A DNA stretch of 63,800 bases, filler included, from Octopus bimaculoides (lineage: Eukaryota), in assembly GCF_001194135.2 (NCBI RefSeq). It is 6 parts of 6 records of this genome, joined end to end, with 100 filler letters (N's around TTAATTAATTAA, not from the genome) between each part and the next. Parts side by side here need not be neighbours in the genome. Positions count along the whole stretch, not along the records: positions 29,131 to 54,939 come from NC_068983.1; 5 more parts are not named here. One strand, written 5' to 3'. This document shows positions 34,086 through 45,904 of this stretch, piece by piece. Within the stretch, counting starts at the first letter, position 1, and each line of letters opens with the position of its first letter. The translations under genes and the position numbers were made by a program. A model generated the notes under the pieces. The model was given only the letters and a program-made list of their open reading frames with translations, searched no databases and had not been told where the DNA came from.

Positions 34086-35499
34086 GCTTTTTTTTTTTTT
34101 GCAACAAATGCACAGGGGCAATAAACACCACAGATGCTCAGAGCAGTTTCAGCTACTTTATGTCCTTTTTTGAAGGTGAATAGCAAAATTGCTCAAATAT
34201 CGTGCTTTGACAGTTCCATTTCAGATGATTGTAACAACAATGAAAAAAATATCAATGTTAATTTATTGATGCATTTTGTTAATTTATTGATGCCTCAGAC
34301 AATTACAAAAAAATGTTTTAAAAAATTCAAAATTCTGCAAAAATTTTGTACACATTCTTCAAGGTTCAAAATGTTGCTTACTTTTTACTCAACTTGATAC
34401 ATATAGAATATGTACATGTGTAGACATTGAATTGCTTGCTAATACTTGCTGTGGAAGAGTGTGAGAAACAGTTATATGTCTATACCAAGACATCTGAGTG
34501 GAAATCTGCTATTCTGCATGAAATTACATATGCACTTATATGATCAATATAGACATGATAATAGTATAAAAAGTGGATTTTTTATTTAGGCTTAATGCCA
34601 GTACCATCATAAAATAACTAAATAATATATTTAGTAATTGATGGCTCTGGTCTGTTGCCATAAGATGTTTATGTTGCACCATACTATGCATACAGCAATT
34701 TACATGTATATGATAAATCAATTATTCATATTTTTTCTGCCTCAATATTTTTGAACTGTGAATTCCCAGTTTGTGGGTGAATACAAAGGATAAAGTTAAC
34801 AAGCTCATCAACTGCAGGGTTAGCAAATTGCACCTTTTCACTAGTTTTACACAGAAATCTGGTTATATTTACTTAATTCACAATGGGAAAGGGATTTAGT
34901 AAAAGTATTAATTTTACTAATTCTAATCTAACTGAGACATAATGGCAGAGAAGTTGAGGTATTCTCCCTCCTTTAGCACATGGTCACCTTACTGTTGTTT
35001 TGCTTTGTTCTTGGATAAGTCACATAATTTCTCTTGCTCTAGTCTACCAAGTTAGCAAACAGGTTCCACAACTACTTTATTGAATAGTTAGCAGTAAAAA
35101 TGACATCTGCATGCAAAACAATGTTGTCAGCATGATGCAAAATCTACAAATTTGTATACATCAATTTCTATACTTGCTGCAATTGACAAAAAAGGATTGA
35201 TGTGAAATTGCATGCTCTCTTTCTTAATCAATCCATTTTTTGCTCATATACAGTGTCAGACCTCTAATAGATGCATATACATATACACACACATAGATGC
35301 ATACAAACATCATCAACTTCTCCCTTTTTCCAAGTACATCTTTAAAGTTTCTCATGTGTGCCATGCCTCTAATGGCTGGCAAGGCCAATTTTTGGATGAA
35401 ACAACTGTCCTTTGAGGCCACATCTAATGGTCAATGGAAATCTTGGAGTTTGAAGATCTTTCATCATAGCTGTTTATCCTCTTCAATTAGTATAGAATA

Positions 35500-36030
35500 A
35501 TTGTTCTATCATCTCCTGTGTGTTGCTCCCAGCCAAGTTCCTATACAATGTAACTCCAAAAAGGACGTTGAGAACAATTTGAGCTGCCCATGTCACTTTT
35601 GGAAAATTCTTTTGTCATATTTTCAGGAACCAAGAAGTTGAAACTACAAACCAAACTTACGGTGAACCAGATTTCCACCTTAGTCAATAATTGCTGGACA
35701 TGTACTTTGTATTGTCAGGACATCCCAAATTTGAAATGACTTCATCTACAGAAACATTTCATTATGAATATCAAATGGGATGATTATGTCAACAATCTTG
35801 CAGTTTTTGAATAGGTCAAAGCCAACAGTACTGAGGTTGTCGTCAAATATAACTTCAATTGGGCAGGTCATATCCACACATGAATAGTGGCAGATTTCTA
35901 AGGCAAAGTCTCTACAGCATATTCAGCAATGGCAAAAGATCATCCAGTTGCTCCTTGTAACACTACAAAGACCAAATGAAACAGATGATAAAAAGCACCA
36001 ACATCAGCTCTAAAACCTGAAATACAGACA
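35500..36030 (+). pseudogene. Old RTE (BovB-like) C-terminal fragment
   Basis: TFGK, KLQTKLTV, NIKWDDYVNN.AVLNR, WAGHI, YKDQMK; heavily decayed. Confidence 0.55.
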
Positions 36031-36092
36031 TATACGTGCACATACTACACTTTTTGATACCACCTTGTGTGTGTGTGTGTGTGTACACACAA

Positions 36093-37838
36093 ACAAGGTG
36101 ACATCAAAAAGTCCCCAGACTAGTTTTGTTTAATGAAAACTAACTTATTTACCTAAGTTTTAATATCTCCTTCAAAATAGTCACCTTGCTCAGCTATACA
36201 CTGGTCCTAGTGTTCCTGCTACTTTTGAAATCCAGCCTGGAAGTTGTTTTCTGTAAGCTAGTCGGGGACCTTCTGCAATTCACTCTGGATCTTGACAATG
36301 GTGTTAAAACGGTGACCTTTGAGCATTTCCATCTTGGAGAAGAGATGGAAGTCCACAGGTGTTGAATCTGGTGGATAAGGCAGGTACGGAATTAACACCA
36401 TGTTGTCTTTGGCAATAAACTCATGAATGAGAAGAGTTCAGTGACAGGCAGCATTGTCATTGTGAAGAATCCAATTCTTTGCACTCCACAGATCCAGTCA
36501 CTTTTGCTGAATATCCTCCCTCAAACACTTCGAAACATAACAGTAGAATTCTTGATTTATGGTATGGCCCTTGGGGACAAAGTCTCAATGCACAGAGGTC
36601 ACAAAAACGATGAGCATGCTCTTGATTGAGCTTCAGCTTTGTCATGCCTTCTTTGGTTGTGGAGAGGAAGAGCTCTTCCATTGTGATGACTGCTGCTTTA
36701 TCTCAGGGTCGTTGACCCAACTCTTGCCACCAGTGATGATCCTCAACATAAAGGATGGATCATCAGTGGCATGCTGATGGAGATCCTGACAGACTTTTAC
36801 GTGATGTTCTTTCTGTTCAGTGGTCAGAAAGCAGGGGACAAACTTGGCAGAGACACGCTGTATGTTCAATTCAGACATTAGGATTACCTGCACAGACCCA
36901 TACGACAGACCAACAACATCAGCAATGTCATTAATTGTCCTCATGCACAAGCTGATGAATTTTCTCCACATTTCTGAGCATGACGCTCATGGCAGGTCTT
37001 CCAGGTTGCTCATCACCTTCCAGGGACATTCTTCCACTTTTGAAGTGCCTATGCAGTGCTGGATTAACCATTAAGCAAAATAAGCATGTGCTTAGGGCAT
37101 CAAGGGAAGGAGGGGACACCACAGAAATGGTAAATGGTTTATGGCACAAAAGAAATAACCTTAAACTTGCTAAAATGATATTCAGGATGCCTTTATCTCT
37201 ACAAAGTATAGATACAGATGTGTTACCTAAGATTAATTTTGAGGATCTGATCAAAGACTTTGCAATTCAAAAAAGTAGGAGGAAACTTTTCAAATATAAA
37301 GTGGAAGTATGCAAAAATAAATATTATTTTCCCTCTTCCTGTTTTGTTTCATTTTGAAAAATAAAAATTTATTTTATGGTTTGTTATTGTTTATATTTTT
37401 ATTGTTTATATTTTTATTGTTTATATCTTTTATGGGAGCACCAAAATCTTTTAAGTGCTTAGGGCCTCAATGGGTCTTAATCCGGCCCTGTGCCCATGTC
37501 ACTTGAAACATTCTGTACAACCCATTGTCTCATCGCCATAAGCTTGCCAAAGCATGCTCAATATCTCTGTAGCAGACTTCCCAAGTTTAACACAAAATTT
37601 CACATTAGCTCTTTATTCCAACTTTCTGTCCATGACAAAATTGCAGACTACAGCATACACATGATCACAAAAACACAAATTTCACAACTTGTGAAGTAAA
37701 CACTGCAATGTCACTCAGCATGCTGCCTCATAAAGGTCACTGTGACCTGATGAAGCTCTCACTGTGCATGCAACCATGTGCTGCTATCTGTTTGCATGCT
37801 ACAGAACTAGTCCAGGAACTTTTTGACACCACCACTTA
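36093..37838 (-). mobile_element. Mariner DNA transposon (decayed), interrupted by a hAT MITE
   Basis: TIR-like ACAAGGTGACATCAAAAAGTCC / GGAACTTTTTGACACC; minus frame RVSAKFVP, RIITGGKSWV-DPEIKQQSSQWKS.SSP.PKKA. Confidence 0.85.
37054..37490 (+). mobile_element. Non-autonomous hAT element retaining the transposase C-terminus
   Basis: TIR CAGTGCTGGATTAA / TTAATCCGGCCCTG; 8-bp TSD TGCCTATG/TGCCCATG; SIDTDVLPKINFEDLIKDFAIQKSRRK. Confidence 0.85.
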
Positions 37839-38336
37839 CACATGTAGATAAATGTATATACACATAAAAACGCACATAAGTACATACACAAAATCTTTTT
37901 GAATAAAAATACTTCTTTGGCTTAGTGAAGTAACATGGCATAAGAAAAGAAAAGGTGAATTATCAAGATGCTAAAATGACTATGATGATGAGGTTGATGT
38001 CAATAATAGTGACATTAATGATGATAGTGATTACAAATTAGTGAGCACAAATTTATAGGAGAGATATTTATTGCCAATAGAATCAGTTAAAATACATTTC
38101 CACATTACTATAACTAATTTTATTGACCCATCTAGAGAAATGAAAAGCAAAATTGATCTCAACCAGATCAATTTTCAAATTCAGAATGTAGAAAGCATGT
38201 AACTAAATATTCTAAAATCGTTGAGTCTAACTGTGCTTTCTGGCACAACACTTTTAAGTAAAGAAACTGCATTAATAAAAAAAGAAAATCACAAGAGAAA
38301 AGTGAGTTTGCTTTAAGCCATAGATATTAGACAGAG

Positions 38337-38485
38337 TGCCCTAAGCATGTGCTTATTTTGCTTAATGGTTAATCCAGCACTGCATGGGCACTTCATAAGC
38401 AGAAGAATGTCCCTGAAAGGCGATGAGCAACCTGGATGACCTGCTATGAGCGTCATGCTCAGAAATGTAGAGAAAATTCATCAAC
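38337..38485. repeat. Inverted copy of the mariner/hAT junction at 36950-37098
   Basis: About 90% identity by eye and spans the TSD and hAT left TIR. Confidence 0.85.
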
Positions 38486-38512
38486 CTGAAAATTAGCAAT
38501 ATATGAGGGGCT

Positions 38513-39054
38513 AAGACTTTCTCACTTCCCGAGCTTTAAACTAATACATCTGTTTATTGTTTACACACCCGTCTTTGTCTTTTATTTTTTTGTAAATTCT
38601 CACTATATATTAAATGCTCACATGATGGCACCAGTTTTATCCTGTCTCCACTTCGTAACACTTCAAACTTTTCTTGGACTATTCTATCTGGATTCTCTAC
38701 CTGGACTTTCTTCTACTCTCCTACACTCGGGCGCCTACACTTTGGCTACACCTTTCCTACTCATGGATTACACTGGACTCTTCCTGTGATGAGAAATCAC
38801 TCCAATACACTATGGTGCTCGAACCTTTTGAACTTTTCAAAACTTTTTTGTACTTTCTGCTTTTTCCTATTGTCGTTTCTCTAAACCTTTTTCTATTTTC
38901 TCTCCTTATTTATTTCTGTGTTCCTTTCTGTCGAAGAGCATAAGCTCAAAACATAAAAAACTTTCTCACTTCCTGAGTGTTAAACTAATACATCTGTTTG
39001 TTCTTTACACACCCGTCTTTGTCTTTTGTTTTTTTATGTAAATTCTTACTATAT
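38513..39054 (+). mobile_element. Non-coding PLE-derived unit: tail-body-hammerhead-tail, 444-bp period
   Basis: ~100-bp direct repeats at 38513-38610 and 38957-39054, each ending in TATAT; decayed hammerhead at 38924-38959. Confidence 0.75.
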
Positions 39055-39169
39055 ATGTAAAACCTTGACAAGAAAGTTCCAAAAAGAAAATGGCATGAGT
39101 AAGAAATTTTGTCACTGGCAGAATATATTTTAAGTTTCCTAACACATACATACACCACAAAAGTACATG

Positions 39170-39290
39170 TTCACATGCTAGTGATGCTAGAAAACAGAGA
39201 GTTCAAGTGTTATGACTGTGAATGTGCTTGCTGAACACAAGCTGGGCTGGAGAGCCACCTGCATGCACATGGTCATGCAAAGTTCAATGA
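39170..39290 (+). pseudogene. RTE C-terminal C2H2-like finger fragment
   Basis: FKCYDCECAC*TQAGLESHLHAH. Confidence 0.4.
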
Positions 39291-39539
39291 ATGAATAGCA
39301 CTCAGTTTGCAAGAAGGATCAATTGGTATGTATGTATAAATATACATATATGTTGGCTGATGCTGATAAGCAAGAGACACAGAGGTGTGACTTTGAGAAG
39401 CTGCTGAATGTGGCGAATGCAAAGAAGAGAGAGCTGACTCCATGCAGAGCCAGCCAACAGAGTGACCAACCATCTAAAATAACAGCAGTAGGGTAGACAA
39501 GATAATAAAGAATATGAAGCAAGAGAAAGCATCTGAGTC

Positions 39540-39790
39540 ATCAGAGATAACTGCTGGGATGCTTAAAATAAGTGACAAAGTAGAATAGAAGAGAGGTACT
39601 TGAAAAGAAAATGAAGTAATGCTGGCCAATATCATCATCAATTGTTATAAGGGCAAGGGAGATGCATGAGAGATAGAAAAAACTTCAGATGCATCAAGTT
39701 GTTGGATTAGGTGATGGTCCAAGAATTTGATGAGATGCAGTTCAGCTTTGTCACAGGAAGAATCACTACTGATGCCATATTCCTTATGAG
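39540..39790 (+). pseudogene. RTE RT N-terminal fragment
   Basis: IIINCYKGKGDA, DEMQFSFVTGRITTDAIFLMR. Confidence 0.75.
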
Positions 39791-39829
39791 AAATACATGG
39801 TCAGAAATATAACTCTATATATGGCTCTA

Positions 39830-41480
39830 TATATGCAAACCGACCCTGTGGGCTCTTTTGATGTAGCAATAGGGGCTTATGACAGTGCTGATGTATGTGA
39901 CCTCATCAGGTTGTATATCCTTGATGCCCTTAAGAAGAAATTCCCCTCTGTCCTCTTTGGTCTCTACAGAGATGATGCCCTGGCTATCTCTAAAGGAATC
40001 AATGGGAACACCCTAGACTGGCTTAGAAAAGATCTGATTAGCATCTTTGGCTCCATGGGACTGAAAATTTCTATTGAGACCAACCTCACCACTGCAGACT
40101 TCTTAGATATCACACTCAACTTGGGTTCTGGTACATACAGGCCCTACTGCAAAACTAATGAGAGGCTAACACACATCAACACAACCTCCTGCCAGCCACC
40201 CATCATGTTCAAAAACCTGATGAAAGGTGTTAGCAAGAGGATCATGAACCTTTCCTCTAGCCAAGAGATTTTTGACATAACTGCTCTCTACTATAATGAG
40301 GCATTAGCTGCTAGCAGATTTAGGGACAACATCTCTTACATGCCAGGCCCTAACACCCACAGAAGGAAGCGCCACAGAAATATCATTTGGTTTGTCCCCC
40401 ACTTCTCTCTCAATGTAAAAATGTGTACAGGTAGGATATTCCTTAGGCTAGTAGATAAACACTTCACACAATCACATGGTCATGGATGCATTTTCAACAG
40501 ACACAACCTCAGGGTCTCTTTTAGCTGCACCCTTGATATTAAGAGCATTTTACTTAACAGCCCTAGGCCACAAACAGAAGCAGGATGTTCATGCATGGAC
40601 TATAACAGATTCTCAGTGGGAATCTATTGCAAAACTAAGAGAATTGTCTATGAAACTGAGGTGGTAGCCGATCCTAATAGCAACAACAGCAGCTTTCCCA
40701 ATGACTACTACAGTAGTAGGAATGGCAGTACCAATAGCAATGGCAGCAACCTAAGCAAAAATAGCAGCAGCACCACCACCAATGATAACAATAATAACAG
40801 CAACAACATCAGCCATCATGATAGCACCTATAACAGCTCCAAGAACAGCAACAATGATGGCTATAACACCAACAACAGCACTGCCACCAATGATGTCCCC
40901 TACTCCAGCACCAACACCAACAACACCAGCAACAGTAGAAGCATCATCAGCAACAGAAACAGTGTTGCCAACACTTGCACACAAAGATACATTGGATATT
41001 TCAGAAACATGTTGAAGCAGTGCCTCTCCAACCACAGGTCCTCTTTCAGGATACACTTTGTCCTTAGCCAGCCATGTATGGTGGCTGAAAGATGAAGGAA
41101 CTCCACAGGTAATATCATGGAAGATCCTAGAAAATCCAGGCCCTTGCATCAATGGGACCAATCATTGTAAGCTGTGCATAGCCGAATGAACAAGGATATT
41201 AAAGGATTTCCTTGACTCAAAGAACATCCTTAACTTCAAGATGGAAGTTTTCAGACCCTGTTTGCACTTCAGGAACCCACAAGCCAGCAGGGCCAATTAC
41301 GGATAGTGGTCGAAGGGAGACAATCCTTTGTTGTTGACAAATAATAACGAAGTCTTTTCCTCCGCCACCAAGAGAGGTCATTCGCTAAAGAGGCCATTGG
41401 CGAATGGGTTTAGAGTCTGAAGAAACACTGTAGAGCTGAGTGTTTTATGGATGTAAAACCCTGGGTAAGCCCATAAACCA
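39830..41480 (+). mobile_element. 5'-truncated PLE (GLYRDD type, probably Hydra clade) with RT, expanded GIY-YIG and 3' hammerhead remnant
   Basis: GAYDSADVCDLI, GLYRDDAL, DFLDITLNL, RNIIWFVPHFS, CSC, IVY...YIG, then after a frameshift SHVWWLKD, ISWKIL, CKLC, NILNFKME..RPCLH. Confidence 0.85.
41407..41479 (+). ncRNA. Decayed type I hammerhead in PLE 3' UTR
   Basis: CTGAAGA 41417-23, AAAA in place of GAAA, ACCCTGGGT, GUA, distal stem GGTTTA/TAAACC. Confidence 0.45.
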
Positions 41481-41529
41481 GCCATATCTATCTTTATCTA
41501 TGTGTTTGTATATACACACATACATATTA

Positions 41530-42290
41530 GCATTGTTTAAAGTCCCATTTTCCATGCTGGGATGGGGCTGGATGGTTTGACATGAACAAGTGATCCAGCA
41601 GATTGCATTGAGCTGGATGACCTTCCTAATGCCAACTGCTTTACAGAGTGTACTGGATGGCACTGACACTAATGAGGTTACCAAATACTTGTAAGGCAAG
41701 CCACCTCAATTGAGTGGGCTACATTATTGAAGGTGGTGAAAGTTATGGTAGGACAAGAACATGTGTTTTGCCAGAGAGCAGGATACATGGCTTCCCCAGC
41801 TTGAAACCAAGCCAGTGATGTTGAGAGTGTACCTTCAGGATACAAGATGTATATAAGAGAAAAGAGACTGAGAGACAGAAAGAGTAGGTAGGTCTTCACT
41901 ACTTCATCCCACATCTTCCAAGATCTTTGCCTTATGCAGATTCCATCCATGTTTAGCAATCATCACTGCTTTCTGCAGCTGTCCTTATGCATTCACATAC
42001 CATGCCAGCACAGTTTTCTCTCTTGTATGTCACATATGATGTTTCTTATGCTTAATTTTTCTCTTGGCATATTTGTACATTGTTGTACATGCACACTGAT
42101 GCTGCACTTCCTGTGGAGAATATGAGCTTCATTTCTTTCTAGCCTTCACATCTTTTGCATGCATGGACCATGTCTCTTTACAATGCACCATTGCTGTTCA
42201 TATACACGCATTGTACAATCTGTCTTTCACTTTGAGTGTTTTGTTACCAGTAGAGGTAAAAGCTTCTGAAGTTTCTTCAGCTCACTCTTA
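41530..42290 (-). mobile_element. RTE LINE 3' end (ORF C-terminus plus tail)
   Basis: Minus-strand remnants KLLPLLVTK, LYNAC, RLERNEA, KMWDEVVK, followed by the RTE tail. Confidence 0.8.
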
Positions 42291-42479
42291 TTCTAGCAAG
42301 TATACTTTCAGGTCATGCCCCACCACTGTTAATTAGGTATCCTAAGTTACAGGAACTATCTAAGGGTTTTCCTGGAGTATTTGAGAAAATCTACTCCCCA
42401 TGTATTCTTAGTGTTTATTGCTCCAGCATGAAAAATGGATGTAAAAACAATGATGATGATACATACACACATACACACA

Positions 42480-42554
<75 letters not shown>

Positions 42555-44182
42555 GAGAGAGAGATAATAATTCAAATAAACAGATAAAGACCTTGGGTTT
42601 AAATGTACAAAATATATATACATATATACATGTAAGAAGAGAAAAGTCTTAAAATTTTCAGATGATTAATAATCTTATAATAATTCTGCCTGTCATTCTG
42701 TTACTTAGCCCATCAGTAACGCTTTCATGTGAGAGAAGCGTACATGACATGAAGTAGAGGAAATGTAATGCTTTCATGTGACTAGATGACAGGAGAGAGA
42801 GAGGAGAAAGAAAAAGGGGAGAGAAAAAGAGGGAGAGAGAAGTGTCCATAACATGAGGTAGGGGGAACGTAATATTTATTACATGATTAAAAAAGTTAGT
42901 TGAAGGTAGTGATGATATAGAGGAGGAGAGTTTTAAATATAATTTTAGCAGATGTTCTGATGGTGAGGTCAAAGAAAGGTAGAGAGAGAGAGATGATGGT
43001 GGTGGTGGTGGTGGTGGTGGTGATGTTGTTGNNNNNNNNNNGTGGTGGTGGTGGAGATGGAGGTGGCAGTGGTGACTGGATTGTGAAAAGTGTATTTTTT
43101 TAATATCACCTATCACTTAATGCATGCACATAAGTGTAATTCCATGAAACATTCATGCTTATTTACATGGCAGATATATGCAATTTAACTAAAGGTTGTA
43201 TCACATGTACAGGATGTTTTTTGTTTTGTTTATGAGTAAAATGGAAAAATTAGAGTGGATATTTATTTTATGAGTTCTGTGTATTAAGTCTAGAAAATTG
43301 TGCATAAAGTATATAAAGTGTATATATAAAGTGCATTAAGTTATCATCATATTCCAATTTCTTTCACTTCTCAATGAATAGCAGATGAGCAACTATCTTT
43401 CCATACAGATACAACACAGGCTACACTTACAGGTTTTTTAGATAAAAATTTTCAGAAATAACCCTTTAGGCTTACCATTAATTTCGTGAAATATTCACAG
43501 ATATGTTTTTTTTATTAGAGCAGACTTGCTCAGATTACATAGACTCAAAGAGTTAGAAGAGAGGTGTTACAAGTCCGACATCTGTTTCTGAAGGCTCAGT
43601 GTTATTTCATAATGTTGGCAGACGTAGGTCATCAAAAATCTGCAGCCAGTAATGGAAGCAAACAAACATTGGTAAAATCCACAGCCTCCTTTATCAGGAT
43701 GGATAAATAAAAGTTTAACATATCAGATCATTATGCAGAGAAATCTAAAGGTAGAATAGGTATAGTACGAGGCAAGGAAGTGGTCATGGTAGGAGGAGAT
43801 AAGTGGCTGGATGGGAAGATGTGGAGTGTTGTCACAAGGAAAGGGAGAAGAGGTCAGAGAATCAGATCAAGATGATGAAGGGGTAAAGATATATATTTTT
43901 ACTTGATTGTTAATCATCTTAAAATTTTAATCTGCCTTCTCTTTTTACATGCATACATGAATATATATTTTGAACATTTAAACCTAATGTCTTTATGTGT
44001 TTATTTGAATTATTGTCTCCATATCTGCTCACTTGGATTCCCATTATAACCACTTTTTACCCTGCTGACTTGGTTCTCAGTACAGATATCGGAGTGTAAG
44101 TTCAAATCATTTGAGCACTAAGTGTTTTCTATACTGAGATTCTCTTGATATCATCTGTTGATTCCATATATATATATGCATA

Positions 44183-45084
44183 CAAGGTTGTATCAAAAAG
44201 TTCCTGGAATAGTTCTGTAGTGTACCAACAGATGACAGCACACAGTTGCGTGTGCAGTGAGAGCTAGCAATGACCTTCATGAAGTAGTGTGTTGAGTGGT
44301 ATCACTGTGTTTACTTCACAAGTTGTGAAATTTATGTATTTGTGATCACATGCATGCTATAGTCTGTAATTTTGTCATGGACAAGAACAAAGAGCCAACA
44401 TGAAATTTTGTGTTAAACTTGGGAAATCTGCTACAGAGACATTGAGCATGATTCAGCAAGCTTATGGCAATGAAGCAATGGGTTGTATGCAATGTTTCGA
44501 GTAGCACAGGTGCTTCAAAAGCAGGAGAACATCCCTGGAAGACAATGAGTGATCTGGATGACCTGCCATGAGTGTCACTCTTGGAAATGTGGTATCATGC
44601 CTCAATAATTTGGTCCCCAGGGTCAAACCATCAGTCAAGTGTCCTACAGCAATGTTTTGAGGGAGCACATTCAGCAAAATGTCAGATCTGTGGAGCACAA
44701 AGAATTGAATTCTTCATGATAACAATGCACTCTGTCACTGAGTTCTTACTCTTGAGTTTCTTATTAAATACAACATGGTATCGCTTCCGCATCCACCCTA
44801 TTCACCAGATTTAGCAACTGCGGACATCCATCTCTTCCCCAAGATGAAAATGCAGCTCAAAAGACACCATTTTTATACTGTTGTTGAGATCAAGAGCAAA
44901 TCGTAAAAAGGTCCTCAACTCACAGAAAACAACTTCCAGGACAGATTCAAAAAGTAACAGGAATGCTGGGACTGGTGTATTGATGCGCAAGATGACTATT
45001 TTAAGAGAGACGATGTTAAATCTTTGGTAAATAAGTTATTTTTTTATTAAGCACAACTAGTCAGGGAACTTTTTGATACCATTT

Positions 45085-45086
<2 letters not shown>
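44183..45086 (+). mobile_element. Internally deleted mariner, same family as 36093-37838
   Basis: TIRs CAAGGTTGTATCAAAAAGTTCC / GGAACTTTTTGATACCATTTTG with TA on both sides; PYSPDLA.AD..LFPKMK motif. Confidence 0.9.
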
Positions 45087-45122
<36 letters not shown>

Positions 45123-45129
45123 TATACAC

Positions 45130-45216
45130 TATGAGGATATTTAAACTTCTTACAGGGATAGTTTTATCCAAGATATCCTAGTTCAATATATTATATTTTG
45201 AAGAGATATTTCTTCA
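45130..45216 (-). mobile_element. Inverted PLE terminal remnant upstream of a PLE endonuclease fragment
   Basis: Copy of 22889-22976; TGAAGA-AATAT...ATATT-GAA-CTAGGAT-A fold. Confidence 0.6.
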
Positions 45217-45289
45217 ATAAATATATTATAAAACATCAAATATTATTAAGTTTGAAAATGGAGAGATTCAATGGATTATTAATTTATTA

Positions 45290-45697
45290 ATTTATTAAAG
45301 AAAATTGTAAACTTAATAGTAATTGTAAACAAGACAACCTTGTGTATAGGTGTGTAGTTGAATCTGAACGGAAGGAATACTATTACATAGGTTCAACTGA
45401 AACTCAATTTAAATGGAGAATTGCGAACCATGAGAGTTGTTTTAGAAATAAGCATAAAATCAATACTAGTCTCAGCAAATTTTATGGATGTTAAAAGATA
45501 TTGGGAAAAATTATAAGATTAAGTGGGAGGCTGTAAGCTATGCCAGAGCTTATCAAACTTCAGATAGGAAATGTCAAATATGTACAGAAGGGATTTTTCA
45601 GATAATAAAATCTAAACATAGATTGATTAACTGTAAGAAAGAAAATATTTTAGCTTGTTGTCACTACTCGAAGTATGTTTTTAGAAAATTTAATTAA
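45290..45697 (+). pseudogene. PLE GIY-YIG endonuclease fragment (GLYRDD/Hydra type)
   Basis: LVYRCVVESERKEYYYIGSTETQFKWRIANHESCF...IKWE...CQICTE...LINCKKENILACCH, one frameshift. Confidence 0.85.
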
Positions 45698-45904
45698 TAA
45701 ATAAATGATGAATAACAAAACTGAACATTAGAAATATAAGCATAAAATATATGATATCTAAACACAAAGTATATTTTAGAAAATTTAATAAATAAAAATA
45801 AAACTAAATATTAATGATATAAGCATAATACAATAAGTTTAACTTAATTTACAAACCAAGCATAGGATAAAAATAATATAAATATAAGCGAAAGCGAAAT
45901 CATG

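Noticed and set aside
39797-41095. 432-aa ORF as a host Asn-rich protein gene
   Set aside because: Carries PLE RT and GIY-YIG motifs, starts inside an RTE junction and frameshifts before the C-terminus
41187-41189. In-frame TGA as selenocysteine, as known for some Naiad PLEs
   Set aside because: Not at a conserved Cys position, explained simply by CGA>TGA decay, and the copy is frameshifted
43570-43640. Minus-strand TTGATGA...GAAACAGATGTC hammerhead-like match
   Set aside because: Stems I and II do not pair convincingly
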